Of a stretch of DNA of 64,000 nucleotides, positions 16,969-28,034 are shown piece by piece. The notes under the pieces are model-generated. The model was not told where the DNA came from and did no database searches. It saw nothing but the letters and a program-made list of their open reading frames with translations. The stretch covers positions 5,856,001 through 5,920,000 of the forward strand of contig OZ223209.1 of assembly GCA_965140415.1 (NCBI GenBank), written 5' to 3'. Position 1 is the stretch's first letter. Each line of letters begins with the position of its first letter. Both the position numbers and the translations under genes were made by a program. The stretch comes from Myxococcota bacterium (GTDB taxonomy: Bacteria > Myxococcota_A > SURF-8).

Positions 16969-19900
16969 ATGACCGCAAGAAATAGAATCACGTTCTGGTT
17001 GATGCTGGCGATCGTATCGCTGGGTCTGGCTGTTACGGCTTGTGACGGCGGTGGCGGAGATGAAGACGGCGACACGAGCGACGGCGATCTGGATCGCGAT
17101 ACGGTGGAAACGAATGAAACGGCAGATGCGGATCCAGATGTTTCCGATGGCGATCAGAATGTGGATGGCGACCAGGACGCCGATCTGGATGCGGATGAAT
17201 CCGTAATCGATGGCGACGCCGAAGAACAACCCGATGGTGACTCGGATCGCGATGCGGATAACGTACTCGATCCCGGCCAACTTGTTCTGGACCCAGCGGA
17301 ATTGGATTTCGGTCTGGTGGATTTGTACGATTCCAACACACTTGATGTAACGATTAAAAACGATGCGGAAACGGATGCGGCCTCACTTCAGGTGCTTTCC
17401 ATCACGTTTCTGCCGTCGGATGTTTCTGGATACACTGTAGATACCGGTTGCGAGCCTCCCTTCGATCTGAACCCCGGAGAAAGTCGCACCTGCGAAGTCA
17501 CCCTCGCCCCCGATCGTCCGGGTGTGCATAATGCGAAATTGCGTGTGGTTGCGCGTACGGAAGCGGACCTTTCATTGGAAGCGCGCACGACCTTGCTGGG
17601 AGGTACGGAAATCCCGATTTCCTACGTCGATCCGGAACCGGTGGAATTCGGAATGGTGGCGTTGGGTGAAACCGCCTATGCCTATGTATCGATGGGTAAT
17701 GCCGGTTTGGCCGACTGGGTTGTGGAAGAAATCTCCCTGGACCCGACTTCCGACTCGGCCTTCAGTCTGCTGGGAGCGGTTGAAGGCAGCCAGACGGGGC
17801 TGTTCTCCACGAATGAAGGTGCGGTGCTGGAAATCGCGTTTGAGCCGACGCAGACCGAACAGGTGATGGGATGGTTGTTGATTCGCAGCAACGATCCGCA
17901 GGTGCCGGATCGCAAACTGCCTATCAGCGGACGCGCTTCGGAGTTATGTCCCAACGATCAGGCGGATACATCCTGTCGCGAGAGTTGTCTGCCTTTCGAA
18001 CGTAGTTGTACGGATGATGGCCTGGCAATGCTGCTCTGCAATAGCGAAGGCGATGGCTGGCAGGATGCGGTAACTTGTATGGACGGTCAGCGTTGCGAAA
18101 ACGGCTACTGTGTCTGGTCGATCTGCGAAGCGGGTAGTTTGCTGTGCCACGATGGCGCATCGGTTGCCTGCGCGGACGAAGGCGATGCCTACGCCGAAAA
18201 TGGCGAAAGCTGCACCGACGAAGATGCCTGCACCGTGGCCTACTGTGTTCCCGGAGTCGGTTGCGACTATCCGCCCGATACTCGAATCTGCGACGACGGC
18301 AACCCCTGTTCCGAAGATCTGTGCGATTCGGTAGCGGGTTGCCAGTATGAATATGAAAACGTCAATGGGCAGAGCTGTACCGATGAGAATCTCTGCACCA
18401 TAAACGAGCGTTGTTTCGAGGGAAGCTGCATCGGCGATGAACTTCCCTGTAATGACGACGAAGTCTGTACCATCGATCGCTGCCTGCCTGAGTTGGGATG
18501 CCAGTTCCTTCCAAAAGACGGCGGTTGCAATGACGGCAACATCTGTACCAAGCAGGACTATTGCTCCCAGGGAGCCTGTGTCCCCGGTGAAACGCTGGCT
18601 TGCGATGACGGCAACGACTGCACCGAAGATCGTTGCGATCCGCAAGTCGGTTGCGTCAATACCGCTACGGAAGAAGCCTGTGACGATGGAGACCCCTGTA
18701 CGAGCAATGACTCCTGTAGCCGGGGTTATTGCCGTGGTGATAATGTACAACCGGATGACGGCGTCTATTGTAACGGAACGGAAGTCTGTGATTCGCAAAG
18801 CGGCGATTGGAGTTCCATCAATCCGATTTCCTGTAACGATGGCATTGCCTGTACGGTGGATTCCTGTAACGAAGACGGTGAAGACTGTGCGCATGTAGCC
18901 GATCACGAGGCCTGCGACGATGACAATCCCTGTACGGAAGATAGCTGTTCGTTAACGGAAGGATGCGTACATGAATTCCTGGATTTTAACTCGCCCTGCG
19001 ATCTGATTCCCGGAATCGATGAAGTCTGCCAGCAGGGACAATGCGTCTATGCCTGCACCAGTGATTTCGATTGCGTGGATGCCGTGGCCTGCACCATTGA
19101 TTACTGTGACCCGGCGACAGGACACTGTCGACATGATGCTCTGCACGATTTCTGCTCCGATGGTCTCTGGTGCAATGGGGAAGAGTCCTGTGATGTCCTG
19201 TTGGGTTGTATGCCGGGAACAGCTCCCGATTGCAACGACAATGCGTATTGCACCCAGGACCGCTGCGATGAGACGCTGAATGCATGTGTGCATACGCCCA
19301 ATCACACCGCCTGCAACGACTACAACGATTGCACCGTGGATCTTTGTACGACAGCGGAAGGCTGCATATATGAAGATCGCAATGGGGTTTGTGACGACGG
19401 CAATCCCTGTACCATCGGCGACTCCTGTTTCGACGGCTATTGCAAATCCGGCGACAACCAGCTTGTCTGCGATGACGGCAACGACTGCACCGATGACAGT
19501 TGCAGCCCCGGTCTCGGTTGCGTATACCAAGCCAACGCCCGTTCCTGCAACGATGGCGACCCCTGCACCGATTACGACGTCTGCCTGGATGGCGAATGCC
19601 ATGGTATTTCTAAAGAATGCGATGACGGCAATTACTGTAATGGAACGGAAACCTGTGACGGCAATGGTTGTCAAAGCGGCGAACCGGTGAGTTGCGATGA
19701 CTTCGTAACGTGTACGATCGACTCCTGTTCGCCCGATTCGGATTCCTGCGTTCACGAGCCGGATCACAGTTTGTGTGAAAGCGACAATCCCTGCCGCATC
19801 AATCCCACCTGTACCGCCGTAGGCTGCACCTACGATACCTTGGCCGATGGCGAAGTCTGTCGAGAAGAGGAAGAAGGCGAAGACTGGATCTGCCGCAGTG

Positions 19901-22900
19901 GAATCTGCGTTTCGCCTTGTACGCAGAATGAAGACTGCGACGATGGCTTCGACTGCACACAGGATCTTTGTCCCGAAGCGGAGGCATCGGAAGAAACTCG
20001 TTACTGCACGCATACGGCACAGCACGCATTCTGCGATGATTCCCTGTATTGCACAGGAACGGATGAGTTCTGTTCGCCTTTCAATCCGGAGGCCGATGCG
20101 CGTGGCTGTGTACCCGGTACGCCGATTGTGTGCGACGATGGTGTGGACTGCACCTTGGATCGCTGCGATGAAAACAGCCAGGGATGCGTGGTGGATTTAG
20201 TGGACGATGCCTGCGTAAACGGCAATCCCTGCACGAGCGGAACCTGCACGTCGACAGGTTGTGTGTTTTCCTCGATTGAAGGTTCTTGCGAGGATGCGAA
20301 CCCCTGTACGGTCGATGACGTTTGCCTCGACGGTCAATGCGTCGGGCAACCGAAAAACTGCGATGACAACAATCCCTGTACTATCGATCTCTGCGATGCC
20401 GGAGGTTGTCGCTCGGTACAGGTTGCAAACGGCACTGCCTGCGGATCGGATCTGGTCAGTCGCGTGTGTGTGGATGGCCAGTGCACACAAGGATGTCAAT
20501 CCTGGACCGATTGTGAGGACGACGGAATCGACTGTACGGTGACCTATTGCGATACCGTTTCTCACAGCTGCGTAACGAGCGCCATCGATATCTTATGCGA
20601 TGATAATTTATACTGCAACGGACATGAAACCTGTGATTTGAATTCAGGTTGCGTCTCCGGCGATGCGATTGAATGCGGAGAGGGAGCCAGTCCATGCGAA
20701 ACCTTACACTGCGACGAACAGAGCGATTCTTGTGTTTTCCATTTCGACGATGACTGGTGTGCGGACGACAATCCCTGTACGGACAATATTTGCACTTCCA
20801 ATGGCTGTACGGTCATTTATAATACACAACGTTGTAACGATGGTAACGCCTGCACCGTAAACGACTACTGCCAATCGGGAACCTGCACCGGTGAAATGCG
20901 TATCTGCGATGACGGCAATGCCTGTACCGCCGATGCCTGTGACGAGGAGTTGGGATGTACCTACGACGAAATCGGTTCTGAATGCACTCTCGACGAACAA
21001 TGCCGGGTTCAGATCTGTTTTCCCGATCAGGGCTGCGTTGAATATTCGCTCGATGGTGTGTTTTGCGATGATGGAGACCCTTGTACGGACCAGGATGTCT
21101 GCGTAAGCGGTGCATGTATAGGCGAAACGGACGACTGCGACGATTACAATGCTTGCACGGAGGATACCTGCTCTGATGGGGTATGCACTCACATGCCGCT
21201 GGATAATGGAACCGTGTGCGAGCAGGAAAACTTTACCGATCCGCAATGTTACGGCGGATTTTGCACCACGGCCTGTGAATCGGATGCGGAATGCTACGAC
21301 GGAATCGATTGCACTACCGATCTATGCGACGAGAATACCGGCCACTGTGTTTACCAGCGAGACGATGCCGGATGCGACGATGGTTTGTTCTGCAACGGCG
21401 TTGAAATCTGCGTTCCCTTTGCCGGTTGTCTATCCGACGAACCGGTGTATTGCTCGGACGAAATCCCCTGCACCATTGATATCTGCGATGAAGAACTGGA
21501 CAGTTGCGTTCACACTGCGGTCGATCAGCGTTGCGACAATGGCAACCCCTGTACAGCAGGGACCTGCAATTTGGAACAGGGTTGTCTGCAACAACCGCTG
21601 GACGACGTTCTCTGCAACGATGGTTTGCGCTGTACGACGGATGATATCTGTGTAAACGGGGAATGCCTGGGCAGCCCCATTTCTTGTGACGATGGCAATC
21701 CCTGCACCGGTCCGGATGACTGTACCGAAGCCACCGGCTGTCGCAACGCTCCACAGGGCGACGGCTTGCAATGCGGTGAAACCGGGATCTGTAGCAATGG
21801 CCAATGTGCGGAAACCTGCACCGGTGATACCGACTGTGATGACGGCAACGATTGCACCGCCGATGTCTGCGATGTGACGCAGGGGCGCTGTATTCATTAT
21901 CCAAGCGATGCCATGTGCGACGATGGTCAGTATTGCAATGGTATCGAGCATTGTCATCCGAGTTTTGGCTGCATGCCTGGAATCGATATCGTTTGCAACG
22001 ACAAAGCCGCCTGTACGTTGGATCGCTGCAACGAAGCGACGGATAGTTGCGAGTTCACTTCTCGTCACGAATTATGTGACGATGGCAATCCCTGCACGAT
22101 CAACACATGTGTTGAAGTCCTCGGTTGCCAAACTACGAAAAACGAGGTGCCGGATTGTCAGCACAGGGATGTCTGCTCGGCAGGTCATGTTGAACGCGAT
22201 TGCGGAGAAGACAACGAGTGCGTCAACTGGTACTGCTATGACCGCATCGGCTGCGTGCCGGTCATTCATAACGGTGCGGCCTGCACCATTGAAAACAACG
22301 CCTGTGTGCAGTCCGGTGTATGTATCGGCATGGAATGCATGCCGGATGAACAGGTGGATTGCAACGACGGCAATCCCTGCACGGTGGATTATTGCAATCC
22401 GGCGGATGGTGAATGCTTTTACGATATGGTCGCCGAAAACGGCGAGCCTTGTGATGATGGAAGCGTGTGTACGGTAGATGATATGTGTAATGGTGGGCAA
22501 TGTCAGGGCCAGCCACTTGATCCGGCCTGCTTCGATGACAACGAATGCACCGAGGACGGCTGTGATGATGACAATGGCTGTGTCTTTACGCCGCTGCCGG
22601 ATGGAACGGCGTGCTCGCAGGGTAGCTGCCAGCTTGGAGTCTGCCGTGGAAGTTGTACAACGGACGCCGAATGCAACGACGATCTTGATTGCACCGAAGA
22701 TATTTGTGTGGATGATGTGTGCGTCAATACCCCACAGCATCAGCTTTGTCCGCAGGGTAACTTCTGCGATGGCGAAGCCGTGTGCGATCCATTCATCGGT
22801 TGCACGATCAGTCCTGAGCCAAGCTGTAACGACGGTATTGCCTGTACCGTGGATAGCTGCGATCGCGATGCGGAAATCTGCACTCACGAAAGCAACAACG

Positions 22901-24018
22901 CCCTGTGCGATGATGGTAACGAGTGCGTCAGTGACATCTGCGACCCGAATCGAGGCGGTTGTGTTTACGCTCCTTTAAATGACCTTCCCTGCGATGATGG
23001 CAACGCGTGTACGCTTGATGACTATTGTAAAAATGGCGTCTGTCAGTCGTCTGGACTGTTGCAGTGCCAGGATCTGAATCTATGTACCGAAGATTCCTGC
23101 GATCCGGAAGTCGGTTGCGTGTTCGAGCCGTTGACTGGTGACATCTGCGACGACGAAAACAAATGCACTTCTAATGATACCTGTCAGCAGGGAGCTTGTG
23201 TTGGTGAAGAGTTGCTTTGCGAAACCGACGATCCCTGTAGCTACGCTCTTTGCGACCCGGATTTCGGTTGTCAGTTCGAACCGCTGACGGGTCCGATCTG
23301 CGACGATGGCAACCCCTGCACCGATGTGGATGTCTGTATCGCCGGTCACTGCGGCGGCGTTAGTACGCTGCTGTGCAACGACAACAACCCCTGCACCGAT
23401 GATTTCTGTTCGTTGGCCACCGGCTGCGAAGCGATTCCGGTCAGCGGACGGTTGTGCAACGATGGAGAAGTCTGCACCGTCGGCGATGTCTGTCAGCTGG
23501 GATTCTGCCAGCCCGGAAGTGCGCGCTTGAGTTGCGACGACGGCAATCCGTGTACGACGGATAGCTGTATCGATGGTAGTGGTTGCGATAATGAAGAGTT
23601 GCCGGAGTTGAGTTACTGCGATCTCGATCCTGATCTTTCCGAAGCCTGTGTCGGTGGCGAGTGCGTGGAGTACTGCCGTAGAGGTTCGGATTGCTACGAT
23701 GGCATCGGATGTACGGAAGATGTCTGCGACGAACAAACCCATCACTGCACCTGGTTGCCTCAAGATACGCTATGTAACGACGGCAACGACTGTAACGGCG
23801 CGGAAACCTGTGATGCAAGCGCGGGATGTTTGTCCGGGCAGGCGCCGGATTGTGAAGACGGAATCGATTGCACCGACGATGGTTGTGACCCGGTAACCGG
23901 AAACTGTATCCATGAACCGCAGGATTGGCTCTGCGACGACAACGATGCCTGTACGCTGGATAGCTGTAGTCCTGAAATGGATTGCCAGCATTCTGAAATC
24001 GAAGGCTGTACTCGCTAA
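16969..24018 (+). CDS. Giant (2349 aa) Cys-rich repeat lipoprotein with two N-terminal Ig-like (ASH/choice-of-anchor D-like) domains
   Basis: Lipobox LAVTAC, Asp-rich DGD linker, two P..[LV][DE]FG.V...I.N beta-sandwich segments (IRSNDP), then about 2000 aa of CDDGNPCTxDxC-type repeats. Confidence 0.85.
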   Translation: MTARNRITFWLMLAIVSLGLAVTACDGGGGDEDGDTSDGDLDRDTVETNETADADPDVSDGDQNVDGDQDADLDADESVIDGDAEEQPDGDSDRDADNVLDPGQLVLDPAELDFGLVDLYDSNTLDVTIKNDAETDAASLQVLSITFLPSDVSGYTVDTGCEPPFDLNPGESRTCEVTLAPDRPGVHNAKLRVVARTEADLSLEARTTLLGGTEIPISYVDPEPVEFGMVALGETAYAYVSMGNAGLADWVVEEISLDPTSDSAFSLLGAVEGSQTGLFSTNEGAVLEIAFEPTQTEQVMGWLLIRSNDPQVPDRKLPISGRASELCPNDQADTSCRESCLPFERSCTDDGLAMLLCNSEGDGWQDAVTCMDGQRCENGYCVWSICEAGSLLCHDGASVACADEGDAYAENGESCTDEDACTVAYCVPGVGCDYPPDTRICDDGNPCSEDLCDSVAGCQYEYENVNGQSCTDENLCTINERCFEGSCIGDELPCNDDEVCTIDRCLPELGCQFLPKDGGCNDGNICTKQDYCSQGACVPGETLACDDGNDCTEDRCDPQVGCVNTATEEACDDGDPCTSNDSCSRGYCRGDNVQPDDGVYCNGTEVCDSQSGDWSSINPISCNDGIACTVDSCNEDGEDCAHVADHEACDDDNPCTEDSCSLTEGCVHEFLDFNSPCDLIPGIDEVCQQGQCVYACTSDFDCVDAVACTIDYCDPATGHCRHDALHDFCSDGLWCNGEESCDVLLGCMPGTAPDCNDNAYCTQDRCDETLNACVHTPNHTACNDYNDCTVDLCTTAEGCIYEDRNGVCDDGNPCTIGDSCFDGYCKSGDNQLVCDDGNDCTDDSCSPGLGCVYQANARSCNDGDPCTDYDVCLDGECHGISKECDDGNYCNGTETCDGNGCQSGEPVSCDDFVTCTIDSCSPDSDSCVHEPDHSLCESDNPCRINPTCTAVGCTYDTLADGEVCREEEEGEDWICRSGICVSPCTQNEDCDDGFDCTQDLCPEAEASEETRYCTHTAQHAFCDDSLYCTGTDEFCSPFNPEADARGCVPGTPIVCDDGVDCTLDRCDENSQGCVVDLVDDACVNGNPCTSGTCTSTGCVFSSIEGSCEDANPCTVDDVCLDGQCVGQPKNCDDNNPCTIDLCDAGGCRSVQVANGTACGSDLVSRVCVDGQCTQGCQSWTDCEDDGIDCTVTYCDTVSHSCVTSAIDILCDDNLYCNGHETCDLNSGCVSGDAIECGEGASPCETLHCDEQSDSCVFHFDDDWCADDNPCTDNICTSNGCTVIYNTQRCNDGNACTVNDYCQSGTCTGEMRICDDGNACTADACDEELGCTYDEIGSECTLDEQCRVQICFPDQGCVEYSLDGVFCDDGDPCTDQDVCVSGACIGETDDCDDYNACTEDTCSDGVCTHMPLDNGTVCEQENFTDPQCYGGFCTTACESDAECYDGIDCTTDLCDENTGHCVYQRDDAGCDDGLFCNGVEICVPFAGCLSDEPVYCSDEIPCTIDICDEELDSCVHTAVDQRCDNGNPCTAGTCNLEQGCLQQPLDDVLCNDGLRCTTDDICVNGECLGSPISCDDGNPCTGPDDCTEATGCRNAPQGDGLQCGETGICSNGQCAETCTGDTDCDDGNDCTADVCDVTQGRCIHYPSDAMCDDGQYCNGIEHCHPSFGCMPGIDIVCNDKAACTLDRCNEATDSCEFTSRHELCDDGNPCTINTCVEVLGCQTTKNEVPDCQHRDVCSAGHVERDCGEDNECVNWYCYDRIGCVPVIHNGAACTIENNACVQSGVCIGMECMPDEQVDCNDGNPCTVDYCNPADGECFYDMVAENGEPCDDGSVCTVDDMCNGGQCQGQPLDPACFDDNECTEDGCDDDNGCVFTPLPDGTACSQGSCQLGVCRGSCTTDAECNDDLDCTEDICVDDVCVNTPQHQLCPQGNFCDGEAVCDPFIGCTISPEPSCNDGIACTVDSCDRDAEICTHESNNALCDDGNECVSDICDPNRGGCVYAPLNDLPCDDGNACTLDDYCKNGVCQSSGLLQCQDLNLCTEDSCDPEVGCVFEPLTGDICDDENKCTSNDTCQQGACVGEELLCETDDPCSYALCDPDFGCQFEPLTGPICDDGNPCTDVDVCIAGHCGGVSTLLCNDNNPCTDDFCSLATGCEAIPVSGRLCNDGEVCTVGDVCQLGFCQPGSARLSCDDGNPCTTDSCIDGSGCDNEELPELSYCDLDPDLSEACVGGECVEYCRRGSDCYDGIGCTEDVCDEQTHHCTWLPQDTLCNDGNDCNGAETCDASAGCLSGQAPDCEDGIDCTDDGCDPVTGNCIHEPQDWLCDDNDACTLDSCSPEMDCQHSEIEGCTR

Positions 24019-24178
24019 CTTCTTCCTTCTCGCGCAGCCGCCTTGAGATCGTGTGCTATCCAGGCGGCTGCGCTGTTTTACATCTACCGACTCCGGCAAA
24101 AAGGGAAAAAGGTAGCCCCAACCGCGACAATAGGGGTACAATCGCAACGATTCTAATTTGTATATGAGGAGTTGCGTT

Positions 24179-26686
24179 ATGAAACAGAGGCCCTGCATCC
24201 CATTTTCGTTGTTGTTGGTTGTTTTGCTGTTCGTGCAAGGTTGCGCTGCCGGTTCCTTCATCGCGTATAAAACCAACCCCGATTATCCCAAAGCGAAAGA
24301 TCAAACCATCCTTTTAGATGGCCTGTCCGCACCGGTCAAGGTGTTCATCGATGAAGCCGGAGTGAGCCACGTGCAGGCGCAAAACGATCTGGACCTGCTG
24401 CGCGCCGTCGGTTTCGTGCAGGGACGCGATCGCTTTTTCGGCATGGACGCCATGCGCCGCATCGCCAGGGGTCGTATGAGCGAACTGGTCGGCGAACAAC
24501 CGCTGTTGGACAGCACCACGGTGGATTTCGATCTGAGTATGCGCGGCTGGGGTTTCGACAAAGCCGTGGAACAGGATGCCGCCTTGATGAGCGAACAGGA
24601 TCGAAAACGCTTGCAGGCTTATGCCGATGGCGTCAATCGCGCTTTAGCCCTGTATCCCCCGTTGGAATATCGCCTGTTGCGGGTACAAGCCCAACCTTGG
24701 AGCGTTCAGGACAGTTTCGCCATTGGGCGTTTGTTGGCCTGGAGTCTCGCGCACAACTATCACCAGGAACTCTCCCGCCTGATTCTGGCTTATTACGGCG
24801 GCTTGGAACGTTCCCAAAAGATTTACGGCCATGATTTCTGGCACGGTGGCTTTTCGCTTCCGGATGCAACGGAAGAATTGAAGCCGTTGCCGCCGGCCAT
24901 CGCACCGGAGTTGCAAGAGTGGTTCCCGCCGCGTCCTTACGAGGCAACCAGGCGAGATGTCGTGGCCATGCATCGACCGGCGGCGGATATGGCAAAATTG
25001 GCCGGAGCAAGCAATAGCTGGGCGGTAAGCGGAGCATGGAGCAAAAGCGGCGAGCCCCTCGTTGCCAGCGATCCTCACCTGGCGCACATGCTGCCTTCGA
25101 TGTTTTACCAGCAGCACATCGCCTCGCCGGGGCTGGACGCTATCGGTGTTACCGTGGCCGGATTGCCTTACGTACTGATCGGGCACAACGAGCGCGTGGC
25201 CTGGGCGGCGACGACCTCCGTTGCTGACGCCATCGACCTCTACATCGAAAAGGTCAATCCCGAAAATCCGGGCGAATATCTTACACCAGAAGGGTATAAA
25301 AGCTTCGAGTCGGAGGATGTCACCATCCGCGTGCGTAACGGCGGCGAATACGATGAGAAAGCCTTCACGATCCGGCGCAGCCGACATGGCGCGCTGGTGA
25401 ACGACATGTTCCCGAACCTGCTACCGCAGGATATGCCGCCGGTGGCCTTGAAATGGGACATGAGTGGCGTCAGTAACAGCATTTCGGCCTTGTACGAAGC
25501 CAACCGGGCCGCTACCGTCGTGGAATTGCGGCAGGCGCTATGCAAAATCACGGTACCCAGCCAGAGCTGGTCTGCCGGAGATGTCGATGGCAATATTTCT
25601 CATTTCATGAGCGGCGTATTGCCGACTCGCGCCCAGCATCTGGGCACCTTTCCCGTTCCCGGCTGGTTGCCGCAGTATGAATGGACGGGCCGCTACGATC
25701 CGTTGCAATTGCCCGGTGCCGTGAAAAACGAGGGCGGCTACTTCGCGCACGGCAACAACCTGAGCATTCATCCGCAAAAAGGCGGCGACTATGTCCAGAT
25801 CGACAGTGCCCCCTCCTATCGTTTGGATCGCATCAGCGAGATGCTGGAACAGTCCAAGGCTCACACCATCGACAGCATGGCCGTGATTCAAAAAGATCAG
25901 AAATCTCTGCGCGCAAAGCGTATCACGCCGCGTTTGCTGGAAGTTCTCGACGCCGCCTCCGATTTGCCGGAAATCGCCGTTAGGGCACGAGATATACTGA
26001 AAAACTGGGATTTCGGAACCGAGGCGAACTCTCCCGCCGCTGCGTTGTTTTTCGTTACCTACCGCAATGCCATTATGAAAGCGCTGGAAGACGAAGTGGA
26101 TGCACGCGGTTTCCAGTTTTTCCTTTCGCAGCGTTATTCCACCAACGTAGCCGATCTCTGGTTCGACGACGAGCATCACGTGGTGTGGGATCATCGCGGT
26201 ACCGCAGACAAAACCGAAACACGCACGGAAATCGTCACGTCGGCGTTTCTGGAAACCGTTGAGATGCTACACCAAACCCAGGGTGAGGATCCAAGCGCCT
26301 GGCGCTGGGGGAAGCTGCACGATCAATACGTTAAGCACGTGTTTGGAGGAAAGAAAGCGCTGGCTAAAACGGTGAACCTGCCGCAGGCCGAAGTGGGTGG
26401 AGGCCTGGATACGGTGTGGAAGTCGCATTTCGATCTGGGTCATCCGAAAACACCCTTCCGCGCCATGGCGGGACCGGCATTCCGCATGATCGTCGATCTG
26501 GAGGACATTCAGCATGGCGTATGGATTTCGGATACGGGAACCAGTGGCTGGCCGCTGTCGCCCTATTACGGCAACCAGCACGAACGCTGGATTCGGGCCG
26601 AGTATTTCCCGATGGTGACCAACTGGGAAGAAATCGGCAAACAGGCCACGGCAACGTTGACGCTGGAGGCCAAAAGTACAAAGTAA
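24179..26686 (+). CDS. Penicillin acylase-family Ntn hydrolase (probable lipoprotein)
   Basis: GFVQGRDRFFGMD..RR.A.GR.SE, catalytic beta-chain start ASNSWAV, SDPHL, IGHNERVAW; lipobox-like FVQGC. Confidence 0.9.
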   Translation: MKQRPCIPFSLLLVVLLFVQGCAAGSFIAYKTNPDYPKAKDQTILLDGLSAPVKVFIDEAGVSHVQAQNDLDLLRAVGFVQGRDRFFGMDAMRRIARGRMSELVGEQPLLDSTTVDFDLSMRGWGFDKAVEQDAALMSEQDRKRLQAYADGVNRALALYPPLEYRLLRVQAQPWSVQDSFAIGRLLAWSLAHNYHQELSRLILAYYGGLERSQKIYGHDFWHGGFSLPDATEELKPLPPAIAPELQEWFPPRPYEATRRDVVAMHRPAADMAKLAGASNSWAVSGAWSKSGEPLVASDPHLAHMLPSMFYQQHIASPGLDAIGVTVAGLPYVLIGHNERVAWAATTSVADAIDLYIEKVNPENPGEYLTPEGYKSFESEDVTIRVRNGGEYDEKAFTIRRSRHGALVNDMFPNLLPQDMPPVALKWDMSGVSNSISALYEANRAATVVELRQALCKITVPSQSWSAGDVDGNISHFMSGVLPTRAQHLGTFPVPGWLPQYEWTGRYDPLQLPGAVKNEGGYFAHGNNLSIHPQKGGDYVQIDSAPSYRLDRISEMLEQSKAHTIDSMAVIQKDQKSLRAKRITPRLLEVLDAASDLPEIAVRARDILKNWDFGTEANSPAAALFFVTYRNAIMKALEDEVDARGFQFFLSQRYSTNVADLWFDDEHHVVWDHRGTADKTETRTEIVTSAFLETVEMLHQTQGEDPSAWRWGKLHDQYVKHVFGGKKALAKTVNLPQAEVGGGLDTVWKSHFDLGHPKTPFRAMAGPAFRMIVDLEDIQHGVWISDTGTSGWPLSPYYGNQHERWIRAEYFPMVTNWEEIGKQATATLTLEAKSTK

Positions 26687-26719
26687 GGTGCAGTAAGTTG
26701 CAAACGAACGGGTGAGGAT

Positions 26720-27982
26720 ATGCGCAATCGATCTCTTGGTCATGTGATAGTCCTGCTTTTCGGCATCCTGATTTCCATCGGGATAGCCGAAACAGTGAGC
26801 TACGTGTTGTTGCAGATGGAATTTAATGGAGTTTCAAATCGCAGCGAAACGCAGCATAAGCTAGCAGGCAAGGCCAGCGCGGAAACCGTGACCCTGGAAT
26901 TGATGACCGATACACACGGCAGCAACATCCTTCACCCCTATTGGGGATTTGCCATCAATCGCGATAAGGTGTCGGGAGTAAATCGCCTGGGCCTGGTCGG
27001 TCCCGAACCTCCAACTGTTACCGATGAGCGCAAGGTCGCCGTAGCGTTATTGGGCGGATCGGTGGCGCTTGAACTGGGTGCTCACAAGCAGGCTCTGTTG
27101 TCTGCCTTGCAGCGCGTAGAACACTGGAAGGACAAAGAGATTCTGCTGCTGCCTTACGGCGTAGCCGGGGGAAAGCAGCCGCAACAGCTTTTACAGCTTA
27201 CCTATCTGCTGAGCCTTGGATATCATATCGATGCCGTGATCAACCTGGACGGCTTCAACGAATTGACCCTGCCCCTAGTCGACAATATCCCGTATCACGT
27301 TGCGCTTTCCTTTCCGCGAAACTGGCGTTTGTACTCGCGCCTCGGTCTGGACGCCAAGCTGAGCCGCATGATGTACGAAGCCAATAAACTCGAAAGCGAG
27401 CGGCTGGGTTTGAAAGCGGCCTTTTCCATCGGTCTTGCGCCGTCCTCGAATACGGCTCTGTTGGTTTATAATTTGCTGGATCAACGTAAGACGCAACGCT
27501 TTCAAGCGTTGAATCAACAGATCCAACAATACGCCGACAATCAGCAGCCCGGTTTTCAAACCAGCGGTCCCTTTGAGGAAACGGAATCCATGAAACAGCA
27601 AATGACGCAGGCAGTCTCGCTTTGGCAGCGTTCATCCATCCAGCTTGATAGACTATGCACCGCAAACGGCATCGACTATTACCATTTCCTGCAACCCAAT
27701 CAGTATTTGAAAGATTCCAAGCCGATGGGCCCCGAAGAGGCAAAGCTGGCGCTGCGTTCGGATCATCCCTACGGCAAGGTGGCTCGGGTGGGTTACTCAT
27801 TACTGGTGCAGGGTGGGAAAGATCTACTACAGGCCGGTGTGCATTATCACGATCTGACCATGATTTTCCAGCAGGAAAATGAGCCGATGTATAAAGATAG
27901 CTGCTGCCACTTCAACGAGCAGGGCTATCAACGCATCGCCGATGCCATTGCGGCTGCCATTTCTAAATTCGAGAAAAAGTAA
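26720..27982 (+). CDS. SGNH/GDSL hydrolase-fold protein with N-terminal membrane anchor
   Basis: Block I LLGGSVA, block III LDGFNE, block V DSCCHFNEQG; N-terminal TM ending in AE. Confidence 0.65.
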   Translation: MRNRSLGHVIVLLFGILISIGIAETVSYVLLQMEFNGVSNRSETQHKLAGKASAETVTLELMTDTHGSNILHPYWGFAINRDKVSGVNRLGLVGPEPPTVTDERKVAVALLGGSVALELGAHKQALLSALQRVEHWKDKEILLLPYGVAGGKQPQQLLQLTYLLSLGYHIDAVINLDGFNELTLPLVDNIPYHVALSFPRNWRLYSRLGLDAKLSRMMYEANKLESERLGLKAAFSIGLAPSSNTALLVYNLLDQRKTQRFQALNQQIQQYADNQQPGFQTSGPFEETESMKQQMTQAVSLWQRSSIQLDRLCTANGIDYYHFLQPNQYLKDSKPMGPEEAKLALRSDHPYGKVARVGYSLLVQGGKDLLQAGVHYHDLTMIFQQENEPMYKDSCCHFNEQGYQRIADAIAAAISKFEKK

Positions 27983-28034
27983 GCGGATAAAATAAAGTAT
28001 GGCCTCATCATAGTGAATTACTGAACCACACTGC

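Noticed and set aside
17950-24018. Recurring GACGACGGCAACCCCTG-like DNA repeats as a CRISPR array
   Set aside because: The repeats are degenerate, in-frame, vary at synonymous positions and encode CDDGNPC; no cas genes.
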